Part shown: piece after piece, positions 50,995 through 62,359 of the stretch | Position numbering within the stretch: the first letter of the stretch is position 1 | How the letters are laid out: each line of letters opens with the position of its first letter | Assembly: GCA_963555755.3 (NCBI GenBank) | Contig: OY820905.2 | Location: forward strand, 1 to 64,000 | DNA: 64,000 nt | DNA from: Nitrospirales bacterium | Lineage (GTDB): Bacteria; Nitrospirota; Nitrospiria; Nitrospirales; UBA8639 | Direction of reading: 5' to 3' | Program-made: the position numbers and the translations under genes | The notes under the pieces: model-generated | What the model saw: only the letters and a program-made list of their open reading frames with translations | Told to the model about the DNA's origin: nothing | The model's database searches: none

Positions 50995-51732
50995 ATGAAT
51001 GGTGCAGCACGGTTACAACGGACGGATGGACGTCGGCGTGATGAAATTCGACCCGTCAATGTGACGCGTCCGTTTATTAAGCATGCGGATGGGTCGGTCC
51101 TCATGGAAATGGGTGACACGAAAGTGATTTGTACGGCGTCGATTGAAGAAAAAGTTCCCCCATTTTTGAGAAACAAAGGTCAAGGATGGGTGACGGCTGA
51201 GTATGCCATGTTACCGCGTGCCACACATCAGCGGACGCCACGCGAAGCTTCTCGAGGTAAACAAAGTGGTCGGACTCTGGAAATTCAGCGACTCGTGGGC
51301 CGAGCCCTTCGTGCAGTGACGGATATGACTGCGATGGGTGAACGTACTATTTGGATTGACTGCGATGTCATTCAAGCCGATGGCGGCACGCGGACGGCTT
51401 CTATTACCGGAGCGTTTATTGCATTGGCCGATGCCTTTGCCCAACTCAAGGACAAAAAGATAATCCCCGCCATTCCGTTGACTGATTACCTTGCCGCCAT
51501 AAGTGTCGGGAAGGTTGGCGGGGAGTCTTTAGTGGATCTGTGTTATGAAGAAGATTCCATGGCTGAGGTGGATATGAATCTAGTCATGACCGGGCAGGGT
51601 CGTTTGGTGGAAGTCCAAGGCACCGCTGAGCGGGGAACATTCGGGAAGGATGACCTGGATGAATTTTTGGCATTGGGCTGGGATGGCATTCAACGATTGG
51701 TCAAAATGCAAAAAGATCTGGTCACGATATAG
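50995..51732 (+). CDS. rph: Ribonuclease PH
   Basis: [32 protein letters not shown]. Confidence 0.98.
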   Translation: MNGAARLQRTDGRRRDEIRPVNVTRPFIKHADGSVLMEMGDTKVICTASIEEKVPPFLRNKGQGWVTAEYAMLPRATHQRTPREASRGKQSGRTLEIQRLVGRALRAVTDMTAMGERTIWIDCDVIQADGGTRTASITGAFIALADAFAQLKDKKIIPAIPLTDYLAAISVGKVGGESLVDLCYEEDSMAEVDMNLVMTGQGRLVEVQGTAERGTFGKDDLDEFLALGWDGIQRLVKMQKDLVTI

Positions 51733-51738
51733 GGGCGC

Positions 51739-52345
51739 GTGGTGGAATTGGTTCTTGCAACAGGCAATCCTGATAAACAAAAGGAAATAGTCGCGTTATT
51801 GGGTGATTTGCCAATCACCTTTCGAACCCTCAACGAGTTTGAGCCTCTTCCTCCAATCATCGAAGATGGAGAAACTTGCGAAGCCAATGCCATAAAAAAG
51901 GCGACCGTGATTGCCAATCATACAGGCCTGTTAGCCTTAGCCGATGATACCGGGCTTGAGGTCGATGCGTTGGGTGGGCGACCGGGAGTCTACGCGGCAC
52001 GATACGCCGGGGAGCATGCCACCTATCAAGACAATTGCCGGAAATTACTTGAGGAACTTCAAGGCGTTCCTGTTGGAAAGCGGGCCGCGCGGTTTCTCAC
52101 GGTGATCGTCCTTGCCGAACCAACTGATTCGGTCGATGTGGTCGAGGGGGTGTTGGACGGAACGATTGCCGACACTGTTTCCGGCGTCGATGGCTTTGGG
52201 TATGACGCCGTATTTGTCGTTCCCGAGTTAGGCAAAACACTGGCCCAGATCACACTTGAAGAAAAGAATCAAATCAGTCATCGTGGCCGAGCCCTGGCAA
52301 AAGTCAAGGACGTGTTGCGACAGAAGATCCAACAGAGCATCGAGT

Positions 52346-52368
<23 letters not shown>
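51739..52368 (+). CDS. rdgB: dITP/XTP pyrophosphatase (HAM1 family)
   Basis: [37 protein letters not shown]. Confidence 0.95.
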
Positions 52369-52423
<55 letters not shown>

Positions 52424-52502
52424 TTTCATACTTCCTCATCTTGATCGGGCTTGGCCATGGTCGCTCGAATCATCAACGTTGATACCCACTCTGTTCTTGT
52501 GT

Positions 52503-52579
52503 GCGCCCGTAGCTCAGTTGGATAGAGCATCGGCCTTCTAAGCCGAGGGTCGCAGGTTCAATTCCTGCCGGGCGCGCCA
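52503..52579 (+). tRNA. tRNA-Arg(TCT)
   Basis: GCGCCCGTAGCTCAG..TCGGC-CTTCTAA-GCCGA..CCA. Confidence 0.97.
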
Positions 52580-52746
52580 AATGAATCAATAAAAACACTA
52601 TGTTATGTGTTAAGTTTCGGGACGGCTTGAATTGATGAAAACGTTGGGTTACTGAAAAAGTTATTGGCTGTCTTTGTGACATCTGACCCCAGGTTGTGTG
52701 AGTGCGCATTCTCTTCGATCAGGGAACTCCGGTTCCTTTGTACAAG

Positions 52747-53055
52747 CTAAGCAGAAACCAAATCCCCCTTAAATGGCTTCACCTTAATCTGTTTAGCGCG
52801 CTCATCAATGTGGGCCAAATCATATTGATGCTGGACCCGCATCCACCCATCAGCAGTCCCGCCAAAGGCTTTGGCCAGCCGGATTGCCATATCCATGGAC
52901 AAATCCGACCGTTCATTGATCAGAGCACTTAATGCTGTGCGGGACACCCCAAGCACTTTAGCTGCTTCCGTGACACTCAAGCCAAATGGTTCTAAGCAGG
53001 CCACCCGTACACCTAGACCGGGATGTGCTGGATTTTTCATTTTTGACTTCTTCAT
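52747..53055 (-). CDS. higA: HigA-family antitoxin
   Basis: PAHPG, LSVTEAAKVLGVSR, MAIRLAKAFG. Confidence 0.9.
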   Translation of the reverse strand: MKKSKMKNPAHPGLGVRVACLEPFGLSVTEAAKVLGVSRTALSALINERSDLSMDMAIRLAKAFGGTADGWMRVQHQYDLAHIDERAKQIKVKPFKGDLVSA

Positions 53056-53070
53056 CGTTCTACCCTTTCT

Positions 53071-53349
53071 TCAATGATAATCTTCAAAGTCGACATCCAA
53101 GGCATGGCCTTCCTTACACCGGAAGGTAATCCGCCAGTTGGCACGCACGGTAACACTCCACGTACCTTTCCGGTTGCCTTTCAGCTCATGTAGATTAAAG
53201 GAATGAAGGGCCATGTCACCAATATGCTCGGCTGCATTTAACTGAGTCAGGATATATTTGATCCGTTCGACCATATCCCGTGGCAACCGACGGGAATCAT
53301 CCTGTTCAACACAGCGTTTTAACCCTCGATGTTTAAAGCTTTCAATCAC
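53071..53349 (-). CDS. higB: HigB-family toxin
   Basis: SFKHRGL, LHELKG, WSVTVRANWRITF, DFEDYH. Confidence 0.92.
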   Translation of the reverse strand: MIESFKHRGLKRCVEQDDSRRLPRDMVERIKYILTQLNAAEHIGDMALHSFNLHELKGNRKGTWSVTVRANWRITFRCKEGHALDVDFEDYH

Positions 53350-53724
53350 GCCTACACTGTAAAGTGTCGCGCAACACCTGTCAATAAAACCAAGGCGCTG
53401 GCCGCTCTCCTTTTTTGAAGGGGGACATTATCACGAAAACCTTAAATCTTTCGCAATTTCCTTCAATAAGCTGCTTGGCTCAGTGCAGGTGGTCAGCTCA
53501 CGGTTGAGGGGATCATGCCGCTTTCTGTTGAGCTTATTGCCACAAGTGCAGAAGGTTCAGAGCTACCACAAAGCGGAAAACCGTCAATGAAGGGCACCTC
53601 TACAAACCAGGCATTGTTTGTGAGGGCAAGGAAGCCGCGCGCGCAAAACCGGAGTGTATGAGCGAATACATGAGGATTTGAGCACGCGGCTAACGCCGCC
53701 ATCACGGAAAAGGACGGTTTTTAG

Positions 53725-54520
53725 GGTTCTGTCGCAAATACTCGACCGAGACGAAAAAGTTTTGAGGTATTGCCTGTACTACGCAGCGAGTGCATAGAAC
53801 AGTTCTGCGGGAGATTTCTTGTTTCCCACCAACGTTTTCATCTGGCCTTTCTTGATCATCGCCATGACTTCAATGCCCGTTAACGTCCTTTGGGCCGCAT
53901 AAAAGGTTTTGAAGCCTAACATCGGTCGCGTGAGCCTTTTGATGCGTCGGTGGTCTTGCTCGATAATATTGTTCAGATATTTGCACTGGCGGATTTTAAT
54001 GCGTTTGTTATGGTCTCGATTCAACTGGTTCAGACTGGCTTGGTTGGCACCACTTTGATCAATATTCACCAGACTGGGTTTTCCGTTTTGAACAATCGCT
54101 TTTTTCAAAAAGCGTAAGGCCGCCTTGGTATCTCGTGTGGCCGTCAAGAGAAAGTCGATCGTCTGCCCGTGCTTATCAACCGCTCGATAATAATATGTCC
54201 ATTGGCCTTTTATTTTGACGTATGTTTCATCCATTCTCCATCGATTGCCAATGCGTTTCTTCTTTTGTCGAAAGGCCGCATCCAATTGTGGAGAATAATG
54301 AAGGACCCAGCGATTGATGGTGCTGTGATCCACAGTGAAACCCCGTTCGGCCATCATTTCTTCAATATTCCGATAACTGAGAGCATACGCGAGATACCAA
54401 CGAACGCTTTGGAGGATCATGTCGTGTTGAAAATGTTGGCCTTTGAAGGATATCGTTGGCATATCAGGTCTCCTTTGAAAAGACCTCATGCTACCACATC
54501 AAGCTATCTGCGACAGAACC
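53725..54520 (-). mobile_element. IS6-family element, second type (transposase 53779..54462)
   Basis: TIR GGTTCTGTCGCA; WRMDETY, YLNNIIEQDHR. Confidence 0.95.
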
Positions 54521-54682
54521 ATTTTTCTAACCATTTGATATTTAAAAGTAAATTGCTATTTCTCGATTGCATGCCCAATCATATTTTTCCTCACGGAAAT
54601 CCTTTAAAAGTCTGATAGTAATGGTGTTTGGGCGGTTCGAAAAATATCTTCAAAGCTTTTGAATGGCCGGTCACAATTTTTG

Positions 54683-55015
54683 TTAAGCAAAGACTACCTC
54701 TTGGAGTTTTTCTCCTCTGCGCCGAGGGCTGACCTTGACGGTCACTTTCTGATCGAGTTTATTCAAAAAGCTCATGAGCCGCGCTTCGGAAAACCGATGA
54801 TACCGCGCATTCATCAGTAGGGAGACTTCGGCTTGTCCAATTTCTAAAGTTTCTTGCACGTCTTTTTGTTTTTTCAGTCCACGGCCCTTCAGAATTTTTA
54901 GAATTTGAGAGCCGAGTTCTGCCCGCATTAACAGGCTATCAGCATCTTTCAAGCCTAAGTCGGCAAACACATTGCCGGAACTTTCCTCAAATTCTATTTT
55001 CCCTTTTTTCTTCAT
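54683..55015 (-). CDS. XRE-family HTH antitoxin
   Basis: SSGNVFADLG, FSEARLMSFL. Confidence 0.85.
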   Translation of the reverse strand: MKKKGKIEFEESSGNVFADLGLKDADSLLMRAELGSQILKILKGRGLKKQKDVQETLEIGQAEVSLLMNARYHRFSEARLMSFLNKLDQKVTVKVSPRRRGEKLQEVVFA

Positions 55016-55383
55016 GACGGATACTCCTTTTCTAGTTCCAGGGCTTCTTTATAGCGCCGTGCAATCAAATCGACATCTTTTTTCGATGTGGCTATTCCTT
55101 TTGTACTTTTCTTTTGAAACGCGTGCAGAACATAGAGACGCGTTCCAAATTGAACGACATAGACTAGCCGGTATGTATTCGTTTCAAAGTCGTCTTTAAT
55201 TTCAAATACTCCACTGGCAATACCTTTAAAGGATTTTCCGTGTGGCGGCTTCTCACCTTTTTGTGCAAGATATAATTCACCGCCCATTTGTTTTTGCACG
55301 TCTTCCGGCATTTTCTTGAGTTGCTTTTTACTATCTCCAACCCATACAACAGGCCGGATCGTGTCAGTCTTAGCCAAAAGCAT
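55012..55383 (-). CDS. RelE/ParE-like (Gp49-type) toxin
   Basis: GVFEI, YRLVY, YVLHAFQKKS. Confidence 0.88.
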   Translation of the reverse strand: MLLAKTDTIRPVVWVGDSKKQLKKMPEDVQKQMGGELYLAQKGEKPPHGKSFKGIASGVFEIKDDFETNTYRLVYVVQFGTRLYVLHAFQKKSTKGIATSKKDVDLIARRYKEALELEKEYPS

Positions 55384-55407
55384 TCTCCTTACCAAACTAT
55401 TTATAGG

Positions 55408-55427
55408 ATATTACAATATTGTAATAT
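55408..55427. promoter_or_regulatory. Perfect 20-bp palindrome, probable TA operator
   Basis: ATATTACAATATTGTAATAT just upstream of the toxin start. Confidence 0.6.
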
Positions 55428-55547
55428 TTGCAATAAAAAACATCAAAAATAGGCATTTATTAGCAAAGAGTTAAATAGGATTCTAACGAAGTGCCCTGAA
55501 GAATAGAATTCCATTCTTCAAGAGTTTCGAATAAGCGGTTCGAACTG

Positions 55548-55568
55548 ATTCCTGCCGGGCGCGCCAAA
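55548..55568 (+). repeat. attR-like duplicate of the tRNA-Arg 3' end
   Basis: ATTCCTGCCGGGCGCGCCAAA identical to 52561-52581. Confidence 0.85.
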
Positions 55569-56056
55569 AATCCATTAAAAATCTTGATCTTAAAATTCCA
55601 GGGTAAATCGAAAAATGGTCAGTGGCCTAAAAGGACCGTTTCATATTTCCCCAGGCTGGTCAACATGCGATTGTAATTCGGAAGTAATTGACTTGTTTGC
55701 GAATTTATTCCATAAACCATCTATTCACCTAAATAGCACCTGGTTAAACGGGACGAAAGACCCTCGTTTTTTGGGGTCTTTCCGGTCTAGCAAATGGGCC
55801 TTTCGGTTGATTGCGGCAGGAATAAAATCTCATTAGAATACAGGGTTCTGTGTCCCGATCGCCGCGAATTATTCACACTCACATCGGTTTGGTCACTACC
55901 AATTTGGTTTTAGGCCGAACTCGGGAATGGGCCTGCTAAAAAATAGCTCGCTCGAACGCTAGGCAAGGGCTTGTCCTCTTGAAGAACTCAAAGGGTTGGC
56001 CCAAGAAAATGAATGAAATATCTTGTCTCAAATAATTATTGAAGGGGGAAATACCG

Positions 56057-58294
56057 ATGTCAGCAGAACCGGATATTATTTACACAAAAGTGGATGAAGC
56101 GCCTGAGCTGGCGAGTGCATCGTTTTTACCGATTATTCAATCCTTTGCCAAAACCGCTGGGGTGAACGTTGGCACGAAAGATATTTCGCTGGCGGGCCGA
56201 ATTATTGCGCAATTCCCGGATAGATTGAAACCGGAACAACGCCAACCCGATGACCTGGCGTTACTGGGTGAAATTGTTATGACGGCGGAATCCAATGTCA
56301 TCAAGCTTCCGAATATCAGTGCCTCCCTTCCTCAAATCCATGCGGTTGTGACCGAGTTACAATCCCACGGCTATGCCATCCCGGATTACCCTGAAGATCC
56401 ACAAAATGATGAAGAAAAGAACATCAAAGCTAAGTTTGACAAGGTGAAGGGCAGCGCGGTCAATCCAGTGTTGCGACAAGGTAACTCGGATCGTCGGGCC
56501 GCCACCTCGGTCAAACAATATGCACAAAAGCATCCTCACAGAATGGGCAAGTGGACGAAGGACTCAAAAACACATGTGGTGCACATGACCGGTGGAGACT
56601 TCTTTGCCAACGAAAAGTCGGTGACTATTACCGAGCAATCTGCGGGAAAAGGGCGAATTGAATTTGTGGGTGCGGACGGCAACACTACCGTGTTGAAAGA
56701 TAAGGTCACGTTCGACAAAGGTGATGTGGTCGATGCCACGAAGATGAGCGCCAGCGCGTTACGTCAGTTTTTCAAGGACCAAATTGAAGATGCCAAGAAA
56801 GATCCTGATGTGGTGCTGGCGTTGCACTTGAAGGCCACTATGATGAAAGTTTCGGATCCCATCATGTTTGGTCATGCCGTGACGGTGTATTTTGAAGATG
56901 TGTTTACGAAACATGAAAAGGTGTTCAATGATCTTGGCGTGAATCCTAATAATGGGCTGGGCGATGTGTACGCCAAAATCGGCAAATTGCCCTCTGCCCA
57001 ACAAGACGAAATCAAAGCGGACATTCAATCGGCGCTGAAGAATGGGCCTGACCTCGCGATGGTGGATTCGGACAAAGGCATCACGAATCTCCATGTGCCG
57101 AGTGACATCATTATCGATGCGTCGATGGCCGCGTCGATTCGCGCCTCTGGGAAAATGTGGGGCCCGGATGGGAATGAACATGATGCCAAGGACATGATCC
57201 CTGACCGTTGCTATGCCGGCGTGTATCAAGCTGTCATCGAATTTTGTCAGGAGAATGGCGAATTTAATCCTGCCACGATGGGCAGTGTGCCCAATGTCGG
57301 GTTGATGGCTCAAAAGGCGGAGGAGTACGGATCGCACGACAAGACATTTGAAGCCTCTGGCAAGGGAACTATCCGTATTATTGATGGTGCGGGCAAGGTG
57401 TTGCTTCAGCAGGATGTTGAGAAAGGGGATATCTTCCGCTGCTGCACAGTCAAGGATATTCCGATTCAAGATTGGGTGAAGCTGGCCGTGAATCGGGCAC
57501 GAGCCTCCTCAACGCCAGTCATCTTCTGGTTGGATAAAACCAGGGCACACGACGCGCAGATAATTGAAAAACTGAATCGCTATTTAAAAGATCACGATAC
57601 GAACGGTCTCGACATTCAAATCATGGCGCCCGTAGATGCCATGAAGCTTTCTCTCCAAACTGCCAAAGACGGAAAAGACACCATTTCCGCCACAGGCAAT
57701 GTGCTGCGGGATTATCTCACCGACTTGTTCCCAATCTTGGAATTGGGCACCAGTGCTAAAATGTTATCAATCGTTCCACTCATTAATGGCGGTGGATTAT
57801 TTGAAACCGGTGCCGGCGGATCGGCCCCGAAACATGTGCAGCAATTCTTAAAAGAAGGTCATTTACGCTGGGATTCACTGGGCGAATTTTTAGCGCTGAC
57901 CGAGTCCTTCGCGCATCTAGGTAAATTTAAAAATAACAAAAAAGCTCAGATGCTAGCAGCTACGCTGGATAAAGCTACCGGCAAGCTCATGGAAAACCGC
58001 AAGTCACCAGGACGTGTGCTGGGCGAGTTGGACAATTCAGGAAGCCATGTCTACGAAGCGATGTATTGGGCCCAAGAACTTGCCGCACAGAATGACGATG
58101 CGGACCTCAAAGCAAAGTTTGCTCCAGTCGCCAAAGAACTTGAAGCCAACATTGATAAGATTCTTGAAGAATTGAAAACCGTTAAAGGCAAGGCCGTGGA
58201 TATCGGTGGCTATTACCACCCCTGTCCAGACAAAGTGAAAGCCGGCATGCGCCCGAGTGCCACACTGAACAACATCTTGGCGACATTGGGTTAA
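56057..58294 (+). CDS. icd: Monomeric NADP-dependent isocitrate dehydrogenase
   Basis: [58 protein letters not shown]. Confidence 0.98.
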   Translation: MSAEPDIIYTKVDEAPELASASFLPIIQSFAKTAGVNVGTKDISLAGRIIAQFPDRLKPEQRQPDDLALLGEIVMTAESNVIKLPNISASLPQIHAVVTELQSHGYAIPDYPEDPQNDEEKNIKAKFDKVKGSAVNPVLRQGNSDRRAATSVKQYAQKHPHRMGKWTKDSKTHVVHMTGGDFFANEKSVTITEQSAGKGRIEFVGADGNTTVLKDKVTFDKGDVVDATKMSASALRQFFKDQIEDAKKDPDVVLALHLKATMMKVSDPIMFGHAVTVYFEDVFTKHEKVFNDLGVNPNNGLGDVYAKIGKLPSAQQDEIKADIQSALKNGPDLAMVDSDKGITNLHVPSDIIIDASMAASIRASGKMWGPDGNEHDAKDMIPDRCYAGVYQAVIEFCQENGEFNPATMGSVPNVGLMAQKAEEYGSHDKTFEASGKGTIRIIDGAGKVLLQQDVEKGDIFRCCTVKDIPIQDWVKLAVNRARASSTPVIFWLDKTRAHDAQIIEKLNRYLKDHDTNGLDIQIMAPVDAMKLSLQTAKDGKDTISATGNVLRDYLTDLFPILELGTSAKMLSIVPLINGGGLFETGAGGSAPKHVQQFLKEGHLRWDSLGEFLALTESFAHLGKFKNNKKAQMLAATLDKATGKLMENRKSPGRVLGELDNSGSHVYEAMYWAQELAAQNDDADLKAKFAPVAKELEANIDKILEELKTVKGKAVDIGGYYHPCPDKVKAGMRPSATLNNILATLG

Positions 58295-58315
58295 ACCAAG
58301 CCCAATTAACCAGAC

Positions 58316-58354
58316 GAGCCCTGGCAAATGGAATTTGCCAGGGCTCTTTTTTTT
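58316..58354 (+). terminator. Rho-independent terminator
   Basis: GAGCCCTGGCAAA..TTTGCCAGGGCTC followed by T8. Confidence 0.9.
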
Positions 58355-58395
58355 GCCTTGCAAGATTTAGTAACGATAGCAGAGGAACTTCGAAG

Positions 58396-59145
58396 TTATT
58401 CGGATGAAACCCTGGATAATCTGGACCCTTTTCTCTCAATCTTCTTGATAGGCTTGGTGGCTAAAACATTTGTGGCACGCGATGCGAAATCGGCGAAGGT
58501 TACTGCCAAATTTGCTCGACGCTGTGCTTCAATTCTATATCGGTCCAATTTTTTGCCATCAAATGATGGACCAATAAATAATCCACTGTAATCAATCATT
58601 GCATGAGAGTCCACTGTAAGTATGGAAACGTGGCTATACATATTGTAAAAGTCAATATTGCCTTTTAGAAATTTGAGAAGGCCTGAGCTTAACCCCATAT
58701 CTTTACCGTGTCGCAATAGATCGCGACACGCCTTATTGAGAGAATATTTGTTTTCAGCGATTTGGTCTATGATATTTAATCTTCGATCAGCACATAAAAA
58801 CGCTAAGCAAATTGATTCGTAAACTTGTCGTTGCGTTTCGCCTGCAGGGGCTAGGTAGCCTGATATGAAGAGCTTCATTGATGTAAAATGAAGCGTAATC
58901 GCGGCGAAGATATATGATGAGCAATAAGCTGCTCGTTTACTCGTCTTTACCGTATCTCGCCATTCCTTCCATTGCTCAAGGGCCTTACCCCTTCCTTCCA
59001 CGAACTGAGATATTTCTATTGGAAAACTCTTGATGTATAGGCTCCGTATGGAGGAATCATCTTCCATTAGTAGCTTAAGGTATTGATCCTGAATGTTTTC
59101 GGTATTCTCGGACATTTGGATGAGGGTCAGTTCTTTCGGTGCCAA
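58396..59145 (-). CDS. Hypothetical protein (low GC, helical)
   Basis: 249-aa ORF; no confident motif. Confidence 0.55.
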   Translation of the reverse strand: MAPKELTLIQMSENTENIQDQYLKLLMEDDSSIRSLYIKSFPIEISQFVEGRGKALEQWKEWRDTVKTSKRAAYCSSYIFAAITLHFTSMKLFISGYLAPAGETQRQVYESICLAFLCADRRLNIIDQIAENKYSLNKACRDLLRHGKDMGLSSGLLKFLKGNIDFYNMYSHVSILTVDSHAMIDYSGLFIGPSFDGKKLDRYRIEAQRRANLAVTFADFASRATNVLATKPIKKIERKGSRLSRVSSE

Positions 59146-59227
59146 ATATAAAATCCAGCAGTTTGGGTTCTCGCGGTAAGGTTCTGGTTTTCGAAAATCT
59201 TTTGGTTTCAGGCGTAACGGATTTTTC

Positions 59228-59638
59228 CTAGTCCAACTCTTTTACAAGTGCAACGGGAGTCGCCACTCTCAGAGGAGCGCGTGCGTAGTCACGAATGTTT
59301 CGTGTGGCAATGACATCGGCGCCACAAGCCATGGCGGCGGCGACTTGCATGGCGTCTTCAAAGTCCTTCATGGGCAATTGGCAAGCGGCGTGAAAGCTTT
59401 CTCGCGTGGCAGGGGCAATATCAATGAATCGTATCAGATCGTCGAGATAATCACGGGCCTGATAGGCGCCTTTGGTCGGCGTCACAAGATAGTAGAAATT
59501 CGAAAGACTGTGCCACGCGACAAATCCTGTGCCATGACGATTTTCCAAAGCCTCTAGCAATTTGGTGGAGCCTTCGACGTGTGGTGTTCGGTTGAGTGCG
59601 ATGTCAATCAAGACATCCGTATCTAACAGGACAATCAT
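59228..59638 (-). CDS. vapC: PIN-domain toxin
   Basis: LLDTDVLID, DFEDAMQ, TRNIRDY. Confidence 0.9.
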   Translation of the reverse strand: MIVLLDTDVLIDIALNRTPHVEGSTKLLEALENRHGTGFVAWHSLSNFYYLVTPTKGAYQARDYLDDLIRFIDIAPATRESFHAACQLPMKDFEDAMQVAAAMACGADVIATRNIRDYARAPLRVATPVALVKELD

Positions 59639-59856
59639 AGATATTTTTTTGCCAGTCGTCGGTAGCGGTCATCTTGTCGAGATGCGGGCGTAAACCGTCC
59701 TCGCCACTTGCTGGCGAAAGATGGATTTTTCTGTGTACTCATGTCACGGAGTGCGGTCTCAATGAGCTGAGAGAGGGAAAGCCCTTGGGCACGGGCATAC
59801 TGTTTGGCTTTTGGGAGTAATTCTTCATCAATCGTGACAGTCAATTTGGTTTTCAT
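59635..59856 (-). CDS. RHH-type antitoxin
   Basis: KTKLTVTIDEELL.KAKQYA..SLSQLIE; overlaps toxin start. Confidence 0.85.
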   Translation of the reverse strand: MKTKLTVTIDEELLPKAKQYARAQGLSLSQLIETALRDMSTQKNPSFASKWRGRFTPASRQDDRYRRLAKKYL

Positions 59857-60078
59857 GTTGATCTCCGTATACGTATATTAAAACAAAGTATACGTGTACT
59901 TGTCTGATATGGCAATCTCATCTGAGATTCCGTTCAGCGGCCTGGTGAGACGATCGTTGTTTTAAAGTGGGAATAGGGTTGAGTGTTGCATTAACTCATG
60001 ATTTCTATTATGCCTATCTGGTGCCAATAATGATGAGCAGTAGTCACGGTTTTCTTTTTTCCGTTTGCTTTATGCCGA

Positions 60079-60300
60079 TTGCCTATGTGTCTGTTATGTC
60101 ATGCTCTCAACCTAAATAAGGCCTATCATCAGGACACTCACCGAAAATGTTATTCTTGCGAAACCTGTCATTTAGTCTTTGTCCCACCTGAATATTGTCT
60201 TTCTGCGGAAGCAGTAAAGGCTGGCTACGACCATCATCAATATTCACCTGATGATCCAGTTTGTCGGTGTTTATTGAGCCGACTCTTTCCATTTCATATT
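60079..60300 (+). pseudogene. N-terminal zinc-binding fragment of a class I SAM methyltransferase
   Basis: CLLC..CETCHLVF..YDHHQYSPDDP; truncated. Confidence 0.55.
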
Positions 60301-60645
60301 CAATTTTTCGGCAATTCGTGCATTGAATGTCTTGGGTATGCGATGTAAGGTTTTGTCTCCTTGATAAATTCCACTATATTTCAGGGCACCATCTTATTGA
60401 TTTGGGAATAGAGAGACGATAGAGGTAGTTCCAAGAGATTTTCACGATTCCATGGTTTGCTCTAAGTGATGCATAATTTACAGTGGGATGTTAAAAGCTT
60501 TCAGGAACTGTCGGTCAGTCAATTTTTTTTCACCATGCACACCAATTTCTTACACGGCTTTTTTTTCGCCCAACTGCCGTTTCTAGGTTAAATGACCGAA
60601 ACACCTTACCCAACCTCGCGTCGATCGTTAATTGGGGGCAGGCTT

Positions 60646-61146
60646 CTAGATATCTGAAGGGCTAAAAACTAGAATGTCTTTAATAGGATGAAAGCGCTTA
60701 TCGGCTGAGACGAGGGCATCGGCTTGGATGCGAAGGGCTACGGCAAGGATAATGGAGTCATTGGTCATAAGCCCGTGCTGAGTTTGGAGGGCAAGGGCAG
60801 TCTCGACTGTATCGTTTTGAGTGCAAGCTTCGAACTTAAGGCCAAGTGTTATCAAGGCACGGACCTTCTCCTTGTACATCCCAAGACTCTTAATGAGCTG
60901 TGGCGTATCCGAGAGCTGCCGTGCAGGGTGGCGACCTTTTATATGCCCAAGCATGAAGGCTTCGGCTAACATCAGTTTATGGGAAAGCTCTTGCCAGATC
61001 GGTTGGGGGAGGACTCCCAGTACCTCACCATTTCCAATGCGATGTAGGAGGCGCTGGGCTTGAGGTGACGTTCCCTGTTCAGCGTACAACAAGATGTTGG
61101 TATCCAGTACGCAAAGACTTCCGGGTGCGATTTGATCCAGATTCAT
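60646..61146 (-). CDS. vapC: PIN-domain toxin
   Basis: VLDTNILLY, LMTNDSIILA, SADKRF. Confidence 0.88.
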   Translation of the reverse strand: MNLDQIAPGSLCVLDTNILLYAEQGTSPQAQRLLHRIGNGEVLGVLPQPIWQELSHKLMLAEAFMLGHIKGRHPARQLSDTPQLIKSLGMYKEKVRALITLGLKFEACTQNDTVETALALQTQHGLMTNDSIILAVALRIQADALVSADKRFHPIKDILVFSPSDI

Positions 61147-61385
61147 CAATCCCAACAATCTTCTTCTAGAATCTGACGGAACTGTCCGCGCGAGAGCTTG
61201 AGGGGGCGTTCGCAAAACATGTGATAAGCAGCCTCGCGCTCCTTTTGCGAGGATGCTTGTCCATTCAGGTAGGAGGTGAGCGCTTCTTCGATGATTTCAT
61301 AGAGTGGCCGACCTTCTTCTGCTGCTCGCCGTTTGGCCAGGCGCATGACTTTTTCTTCAATTAAGGTGCCGAGTTTCTGTCTCAT
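61146..61385 (-). CDS. RHH-type antitoxin
   Basis: RQKLGTLIEE..AKRRAAEEGR; stop overlaps toxin ATG. Confidence 0.8.
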   Translation of the reverse strand: MRQKLGTLIEEKVMRLAKRRAAEEGRPLYEIIEEALTSYLNGQASSQKEREAAYHMFCERPLKLSRGQFRQILEEDCWD

Positions 61386-61742
61386 CAGTGTCCCCCTGAG
61401 CTTACAGCACTTGTCGATTTCCCTATTTAAGAAGATTAAAGAAGAAATCTAGATATGTCAAGATTTTGTTGCCTCTAGGCATATTTTGTCCATTCATAAT
61501 AAAATCCCGCCAGCAGGGGGAGTATTAAAAGGAAGCAGTATGATTGGAAAATCCCCCTCACCCCCTTTTCCAAAGGGGGGATCTCAAGGGTTACCCAGTT
61601 TCTCTGCAATTTGGGCTGGTTATGATATGAAAGGTTTTGTTTCCTTGATAAAATTCCACTATATTTCAGGGCACCATCTTAATGATTTGGATATAGAACG
61701 ACGATTGAGATAGGTCCAAGAGATTTTCACGATTTCGATATA

Positions 61743-62207
61743 ATGCATAATTTACGGTGGGATGTTAAAAGTTTTCAGGAATTGTCGGTCAGTCAATTCT
61801 TTGAGGTCCTTCAGTTACGGGTGAATGTTTTTGTGGTTGAGCAACAGTGTGCCTATCCTGAGTTGGATGAGCATGATCGACATTCTGAGACTCGGCATCT
61901 TGCAGGGCGTGATGAATCTAGACAGGTGATTGCCTATGCACGGATTCTTCCGGCGGGTCTGAGTTTTCCAGAGGTGAGTCTTGGCCGGTTTGTTGTGAGG
62001 AAGGATGCGCGTGGTCAGGGGATTGGTCATCAACTTTTGAATGTTGCGCTGAAGGAAATACAAACCAGTTGGCCGGGTCATGCCATTCGAATCTCGGCTC
62101 AAGACTATCTCGAAAAGTTTTATGGGCAATATGGCTTTACTCGGGCGTCAGATGTGTATCTTGAAGATGGTATTCGTCATGTGGAGATGGTGAAGGCATC
62201 AATGTGA
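61743..62207 (+). CDS. elaA: GNAT acetyltransferase ElaA
   Basis: LRVNVFVVEQQCAYPELD, RGQGIG, ISAQ, YLEDGIRHVEM. Confidence 0.9.
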   Translation: MHNLRWDVKSFQELSVSQFFEVLQLRVNVFVVEQQCAYPELDEHDRHSETRHLAGRDESRQVIAYARILPAGLSFPEVSLGRFVVRKDARGQGIGHQLLNVALKEIQTSWPGHAIRISAQDYLEKFYGQYGFTRASDVYLEDGIRHVEMVKASM

Positions 62208-62220
62208 ATTCATCCTCTTT

Positions 62221-62304
62221 TTGTCATTTCGAGTGGAAGGAGAAATCTATCTGAGTTTTTTGTTTGAAAGGGTTCTAGATTTCTCCCTTTGGTCGAAATG
62301 ACAA
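62221..62304. repeat. Intergenic REP-like hairpin
   Basis: TTGTCATTTCGA..GGAGAAATCT / AGATTTCTCC..TCGAAATGACAA. Confidence 0.75.
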
Positions 62305-62359
62305 TTGGAGTTTTAACTCTGTGGCCTTTAACATTTCACTCATCTAAATTTTCAACCCT

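Noticed and set aside
61548..61582. ATCCCCCT..GGGGGGAT hairpin as an ncRNA
   Set aside because: A single REP-like intergenic hairpin with no further support
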